From: Eledone cirrhosa
Taxonomy: Eukaryota
Assembly: GCA_964016885.1 (NCBI GenBank)
Contig: OZ024742.1
Coordinates: 118,606,001-118,670,000, forward strand
Direction of reading: 5' to 3'
Length of the DNA: 64,000 nucleotides
Shown here in pieces: positions 56,871-64,000 of the stretch. Positions within the stretch are counted from its first letter, which is position 1. The number at the start of each line of letters is the position of its first letter. Under the pieces are notes generated by a model. The model worked only from the letters and a program-made list of their open reading frames with translations, did no database searches and was not told where the DNA came from. A program made the translations under genes and the position numbers.

Positions 56871-59810
56871 TTAAATATATTTCACTAGAATACCTGAGGT
56901 GTCAGTTGGCTTTTCATTTCTCACTGTCACTATTGTTCCTTTTGCTCATATAACAACAAAACAACTAATTCACAATGTGTAACAAACTGTCCTTTGGCTT
57001 TCTGCTGCTCAACACATTCCAACTCTTCTAAACAGTTTGTTTTGCTTTTCACTCTTGTCCTTTTTGAAAATTCGAGTAGGATCTTCCTTGCTATTTCTAA
57101 AATGTTTATAGGTAGGCCTTCTGGAATATAAAGATAGCAAAACAGCTCAACACAGTTGATGTTAGATATTACTATGTCATGACAATAGTAAATCTTTGTA
57201 GAAAGTTGTGAATATGAATGTTATCTAAATACCACCTTTATCTCTGTGTGTTTGTATTTTATTGATTTTTAAGAAATATTTTATTAATGTGAACAAGAAA
57301 CTAACAACAGTAGACAAATTTAAGATTAACACCACTTTTATTGAATTGTCTTCTAGAATTTTAAATTAGGAATAGGGTTGGTAAATAATTTGTATAGACT
57401 TGATGACGGAATGAACTCATTGTAATGATAAACATGATGTGTGAAGAAATTAAAAAGCTAAAAATTATTTATGATGTGATAAGGGGGTAATGACCCCATT
57501 GGTTATGAATGACTATGTGATTTGCACATAGAAAGTTCTGCTCCGAAGCACAAGTCTGGGCAAGGTTGTTTGTGGAAGACCAGCAGTTGTCTATGCATAC
57601 CAATCTCACCTCTCCACACCACCGATGTTGTCCAAGAGAAAGGCAATGGCCATACTGCTTGGTACCATTGATATCACAACTCATTTCTACAGCTGAGTGA
57701 ACTGGAGTAGCATGAAATAAAGTGTCTTGCTCAAGGGCACAATGCATTATCCGGTCCAAGAATCAAACCCACAACTTCACTCTCACCACTAAACCATGCA
57801 CCTTCACAATGATGTGATAAATGAAAATTATAAAATAAAGCAACTATTATTGAATTAAAACAGCATATAATCATTTTGTTGTGCATATTTGCTCACAAAA
57901 GCTGTGTCCTTTATATTAAGTTCATAAATCTTATATCAAGAATTAAAAGAAAAACAACTTACATTTGAAATTATTGCTTTTTCTTTTTGCTTTTTTTTTT
58001 TTTTTTGTCAAACAGAACAAGATATCTTATGTCTACTGTTGCAAGAGTAAACAAATTATGACATTAGCCTCTTTATTAGTGTTTATGATAGTCAGACCTC
58101 AATAGCTGTGAAATTTAATCTTGTAGTATTAAGATAAGAGTAAAAGACAAAGACAATCTACTTCTTCATCTACTCATCAATTGCTGCAGCAATCCCCTCT
58201 GCTACCTCTTTGTCTTTTTACCTTCCAATCATTGCCTACATTCCACTAGACAAAGAGCTTACAGTTTTAGCTGTGTTAGTATATGTGAGATGTTGTTTAG
58301 GTGCTGTTGATGTTAGTTAAAATGTTTAGTGGTAGTAGGACTTGTCCATCAGCAAGCAGAGTTGCATGAGATACATCAGCAGGGTTGGGAGGACCCTCAG
58401 TTGTGCCAAAGACATGAGAACCTCCCCTGTTCACTCGGTAGAACATGAGACCATACATAGGCGAGACAACAGATCCTTGGCTTGTCTGGGAGATAAGTAG
58501 CCACCGCTACAGTACTGATTTGATTTATGTAGATCCGTCCAACCCTTGCTAGCTGGCAAAGCGGATGTTAAATGACAACAATGATGATGATGATATGTTC
58601 CAAACACCAACTTAATAATGAGAAAGTTATATTACTAAATCCCTCCAAATTCTTGATTATTTAAAAATAATAGGCAGTGTCTTTCATTTGAAGTATGGTA
58701 ACACATGGGTTAGACTTTTAAATTTGAATGACAAAGGTTTTTATCTGGCAAGTGAAATAGTAATTTATAAGTTAATTTATTTATAACAATTTATCAGTTA
58801 ATTCATTTTCATATCTAAAACAACATTTTTTTTTAGAGGAGAAAAAATATCTCATATATATATATATATATATGGACTTTGTCAGTATATGCATCTATGC
58901 ATGAAAAACATGGAATGAAATTTACAGCTCAGACCTATGTAGGTTTAGTTGGCCTCCTATGAGGTTGAATCTCATAGGAAGTTTCTTTGGTGTTTTAATA
59001 ATAGAAACCACAGTCCTATGAAATGATGTGTTTTGTGCAAGAACACAACATGCCACGAAGTCGAGGAATTAAACCAACAACCTTATAACCTTGAGCCCAA
59101 CACCCTAACCACTAAGCCACACACCTTTATGAACTCACTTGTCTTGGGCAATAAACAGGTTTAATATGGTAAGCTTTGTTGATTAGGAACAAAATACTAT
59201 ATTATTTTTATTATAAAGATCATTAGTCATGGTCTATTTTAGAATATAGCAATATAACAGAATATTTATTCAATAAATGATATAAACAAAAGTCTTTGTG
59301 ACTCCATTCTTTTTTTTATGATTTGTGTCTGTCCAAAGATAAATTATATATAAAATATGAGTGTTCTATTTAAGATTGTATCTAATTCAGAGCTACAACA
59401 ACAAAGTTAGAATTTAAATAATGGGTAGTCAATAAAAACAGTAGATTTTATAATTTAATTAGTTCTGGTTATACAGCAAGAAGGGGACATGTCTATCTAT
59501 AGTTAATAGTGGTTAAAAGTTTTGAGGAATATAATGATAGTGGCTCTATGTTTGTTCTTGTTTCTCTAGGTTTGAATGACTTTTAGTTTGCCTTATGCTT
59601 TGTCAGTTTAGCTTAGATCAGATCTAGCTCCAGCTTAGAAGATTTTTTTCAACTGTAGCTTTTTTTGTACTATCATATCTATATTCACATCCTTCCTGTA
59701 TATAGGCACAGGTGTGACTGTATTATTAACTTAGCTTTGCAACCATATGATTTCAGGTTTGAACCACAACACAGCAAATGTCTTCTGCAATAACCTTGGA
59801 TTGACCAATG

Positions 59811-59923
59811 CTTTGTAAGTGGATTTGGTAGGTAGAAACTGAGGAATCCTCATTGTATGTATGTGTATACACATACATACAATGAGGATCCTCAGTTTCT
59901 ACCTCCCAAATCCACTTACAAAG
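59811..59923. repeat. Near-perfect spacerless palindrome (~56 bp arms)
   Basis: Centred on GTGTA|TACAC at 59867/59868. Confidence 0.9.
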
Positions 59924-60804
59924 TGATATCCTTCTTGAGGCTAACCCATAACTAATATTTTAGCAGTATGGAATATATCCTTCATCCTCATTTAACCAGC
60001 TAGCTGTGGGATGTATTGTTTTTGTAGAGCACAGATATCATCACTTGCTTTAAATGGCCTTGGTATCAAAATGCACACAGCCTCAAGAAGGATATCTGGC
60101 TATAGAATGATTGCCTCAAAAGAATCTTGTTCAACCCATGCCAACATGGAATAACAGATGACAGGCTACTTTTGCTGTGAGCATCAATCTCATTGCTGTC
60201 TCTGTTGACTACAAAAGGCTTCTCCCTACAAATGAAAGGTTGGCTGTATGACAACTGCGTGTGAAGTGTGATGCTGTATGGTAGTGAGAGAGAGCAGAAG
60301 ACATACGAAGGCTGGAGAGAAATGAAGCAAGCATCGATGTGTAATGTTAATGTGTGAGAACAACAAAGCATGGATGAACTGAGAGAGAAACTGAATATAA
60401 GTGGAATGAAATGTAGTGTGCAAGAGAAGAGATATTGTTGTTCTATGTTTGCATGAGATATACGGGTCCTTCTCAGTACACCATCTCTCTACTTAACATC
60501 TCTGACAGCTTCAGCCATTTGAGATAAGCTGTCACCAACTCTGCCCAAGTCTTTCCTCTTGTCCTTCCTCTACTGCAGCTTCCTTCCACTGGGAGTTCCT
60601 GGCTCTTCTTCACCTAACAGTCATGCACATCACATGGCTATACAAATGCATTCTTCTCTCTTGTACATCTAATTCCTCTTATCATTACTAAATCCCCTAA
60701 TGTGTATAAGACTTTGAATTCTTCTAGTTGTCCTCAAAGTTGAAGATAAAAATAATCTGATATTTTAAAATGTCCTTGCTGAATATGTATGAACATATTC
60801 ACCG

Positions 60805-61025
60805 ATGAGTGAAGAAGTGCCAGGAAATGCCAGTTGAAGGAAGACGTGGTAGAGGTAGACCACGAAAAACATGCGCGGAGGTGGTGAGAACAGACCTCAG
60901 ATCATTGAAGCTCACGGTGGAGATGACGAAGGACCGTGACGAGTGGAGAGATGCTGCGCTGAATAAGACCCGTCCCACCCTTGCAAGCAGGGAAAAGCGG
61001 ACGTAAAATGATGATGATGATGATT
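60805..61025 (+). mobile_element. RTE LINE 3' end with (GAT)n tail
   Basis: VEGRRGRGRPRKTCAEVVRTDL..DRDEWR followed by GGACGTAAAATGATGATG. Confidence 0.8.
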
Positions 61026-61144
61026 GCATTTCTGATTTAATGTATTACTGATCTGTCTCTATTCTTAACACTGTCATTACATGGCTGTGTAATATAAACT
61101 TGAATGACATTATAATGAAGAATGAAACTTTCAGAAGGTGTATA

Positions 61145-61918
61145 TCATCATCATCATCATCACCGTTTTACGTCCGTTCTTCCATGCTAGCATGGGTTAA
61201 ACGGGTTATCCTGTTGTGGGCAGTGTCTGGCCGGCTGACCATGCCTTGCTCATACAGGAACTGATTTTGGCTTGATTTCTACAGCTGGATGCCCTTCCTA
61301 ACACCAACCTCATTTACAGTGAGTGCTGGGTGCTTTTTCCGTGGCGCCTACACGTCCACTTTACAGTGTGGGCTGGGTGCTTTTTTGCCGTGGCACCTCC
61401 ACGACCACCTTGGAGTGGGAGGGTGTGGGGGCATATTGTCTATATGCTTCAGCTAGTACCCATGGGAGGTCGGGTACTCTATATTACTGCGTGACGCCAG
61501 AGGTCACGGTCGTGTGTCATCGCCTTTGAGAGGTGTAATTGGGTAAGGTCGGCTTTTATCACCTCATCCCAGGTCTTCTTGGGTCTCCCCACTCCGCGGT
61601 TTCCATTGACTTCTAGTGCTCTGCACCTTTTTATGCAGCTGTCATCCTTCATACGCATCACATGTCCATACCAACGCAACCACCTCTCCTGCACACAGCA
61701 TTTGATTCCTCTTATGCTCAGTCTCTCTCTCAATTCATTTATGCTTTGTCGTTTGCATATATTACTATTACACATCCATTGGAGCATGCAAGCTTCGTTT
61801 CTTTCTAATCTATGTAAGTCTTCCACCTTCAACGCCCAGGTCTCACTACCATGTAACATTGCTGTTCGGATACACGCATCATACAGTCTGCCTTTCATTT
61901 TGAGGGAGAAGCCTTTGT
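61145..61918 (-). mobile_element. RTE LINE 3' fragment plus RTE-tailed SINE-like end
   Basis: KGRLYDACIRTAMLHGSETW..LRWYGHVMR..GRPKKTWDEVIKAD (61479-61898). A more decayed homologue lies at about 60160-60430 (+). Confidence 0.85.
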
Positions 61919-62329
61919 AAGTATAATGTGTTGAGAACTAGATAATTGCTATGAAATGATAGAAGGTAGAGATTATTTGGAAAAAACCTGCCAAACAAAA
62001 GGTCAGGACTTTTCAGTTGAGTCAAAGATCTAACAACCTCCCTAGTGCTGGTGCTATGATAAAATGCACCCAATAGTGTGCAGAATTGTATCTAAGTGGA
62101 ATACAAGCCCCCTGGCCTATTTAGGAGGTCAGTAACTCTGCTTGAGTACTAACTTGGTGTGTGAAGCCCTGTCCAACCCTTGCTAGCAGGGAAAACAGAC
62201 ATTAAATAATAATGATGATGATAAGCAATCTCAGAAAGTTTGAACATGAGGTAAATAAAAGAAAAATAAAGATAAGTTGGAGGGAAATATCTTTACAGTA
62301 GACAAAAGCAATGAATGCTTGTCCTTTAA

Positions 62330-63040
62330 CCCTTTAGCATTTACATTATATCGGTAGAGGGTCGGACGCCATGCTTTTCAGCACAGTTACGTCCGTTCAA
62401 ATCGCGCCGAGGTTCACTTTGCTTTTCATCCTTACGGGGTCGATAAAATAAAGTACCAGTAATACACTGGGATAATTGCTGGCCTTGTGCCAAAAGTAGA
62501 AAAAATTACTCTATATATTTCATTCATTTCATTTCATTTTACGTTCACTTTTCCCTGCTTGCAAGGGTGGGACGGGAACTGATGCTGGCTTGATTTCTAC
62601 AGCTGGATGCCCTTCCTAACACCAACCTCATTTACAGTGAGTGCTGGGTGCTTTTTTGCCGTGGCGCCTACACGACCACTTTACAGTGGAATGATAGGGA
62701 CCCCAGTCCCTATCATCTCATTTCTACAGCTGAGTAAACTGGAGCAATGTGAAATAAAGTGTCTTGCTCAAGGAAACAACACATCACCTGGTCTGAGAAT
62801 TGAACTCACAACCTTTCGATTGCAAGGCCAATGCTCTAACCACTAAGCCATGTGCATTCATACTATTGTATTTTCGCTGTAAAGGCTTTATCTCACATAA
62901 TATTGAATCTATGAGATTTTGATATTATTTATTTTGAGAACAATACATTAACATCAGTATGAGTGGCCAGCTACGGCCGGTTTGAACAGAAAGAGGTGAG
63001 AAAATTCTGGCCAGATACAGCCAGTTTAAATGCTAAATGG
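62330..63040. mobile_element. piggyBac-type MITE split by nested retroposon insertions
   Basis: TIR+TTAA at both ends. The body at 62860-63040 matches the reverse complement of 2271-2477. Confidence 0.75.
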
Positions 63041-63643
63041 TTAAATTATGTTGTTACAGCATGTATTAAGTCTCAAAACACTCTCAATAAAATGAACCCT
63101 GTTCACATACCTAAGCATTTTATAACTACATGCAAATTAAGGGAAAAACAAATCTGCGGATCTGTAAATATTTTAATTCTTAATATAAATATGGAAAAAA
63201 AGACAGTATAGTGATAAATATTATATACTACTAAACTAAATAGGTTGCAGTATTTAGTTACATTTCTGTACATTGTGTTCAAATCCTGCTATGGTCAACT
63301 TTCCTTTATATTCTTCTGAGAGCAATGAAATAAGTAGTAGCAGTGAAATACTGTGGTTGATGTAATTGGCCTACAAAATTGGTGGCTTTGTGCCAATATT
63401 AGAAATCAATATAAAATATGGCAGCCTATGATGACAGTAGAAACAGAGGAATGCTAGATTATGTGTCTCATACTGTTGAGTCATGCCCTAATACATTTCT
63501 GAGTTCAAATAATTTAGGGGTTAACTTTGGCTTTCATCAATAAAATTTAAGTGCAGTAATTTACATATTTTTGGTTGTGAGATCAATATTACCATATTTC
63601 TAAAGAAAGTCACTGTATATGATTTTTTTTATAATTTTAAATA

Positions 63644-63768
63644 CAGTGAAATTCCATTATAACGAAATTCACGGGGTATAAAAAAAATTCTTTATAATGA
63701 GAAAGACCGAAATACATTGAAAAAATTTTTGTTATACTGAAAAATTCGTTATAACGGAATTTTACCTG
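63644..63768. mobile_element. Tigger/pogo-type MITE
   Basis: TA|CAGTGAAATTCCATTATAACGAA ... TTCGTTATAACGGAATTTTACCTG|TA. Confidence 0.75.
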
Positions 63769-64000
63769 TATAACCAAGAATTTGAAGTGATTTAGTGATA
63801 TAAATAACTTCCTCTTTATTATTTGGTGTTTGGGACATAACTTACATAAAATTTTGGTGGAAGATTTTAAAATGATAATTTTAACCCCCCTTCATTGGCT
63901 TATTTCTAATGAAATACACTATTTATGATTTTGAAATAATAAACAATTTGTATGAATTTAGTAAAATAGCTTTTTCATTAAGCTGATGTTTGGAACATTA

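Overview
AT-rich, repeat-dense animal DNA. The SINE/LINE repertoire and microsatellite load suggest an octopus or other cephalopod (inference). Two host genes are partly visible on the + strand. The first is three coding exons of an SLC6 Na+-dependent neutral amino-acid transporter (SLC6A15/17-like; 27438-32526), whose later exons are not found before a ~10 kb (TA)n-derived satellite and a 200-N gap. The second is the long first coding exon of an Ajuba/LIMD1/WTIP-family LIM protein (49618-51511). The rest is transposon-derived: decayed R4/Dong-, CRE- and RTE-clade LINEs, tRNA-type SINEs, piggyBac- and Tigger-type MITEs, and a Penelope-like GIY-YIG fragment in a 1.5 kb inverted repeat. The most striking non-coding signal is more than ten type I hammerhead ribozyme (HHR)-like motifs from several families, densest at 22.3-25.7 kb. 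These include a ~300 nt tandem/inverted retrozyme-like unit whose catalytic core carries the compensatory U3:A8 variant. A second candidate system is a set of RTE-derived bipartite non-autonomous elements that chain in (ATGT)n tracts and share a covarying RNA hairpin motif. All folds were read by eye; no searches or folding programs were run. Most listed ORFs are microsatellite artefacts.
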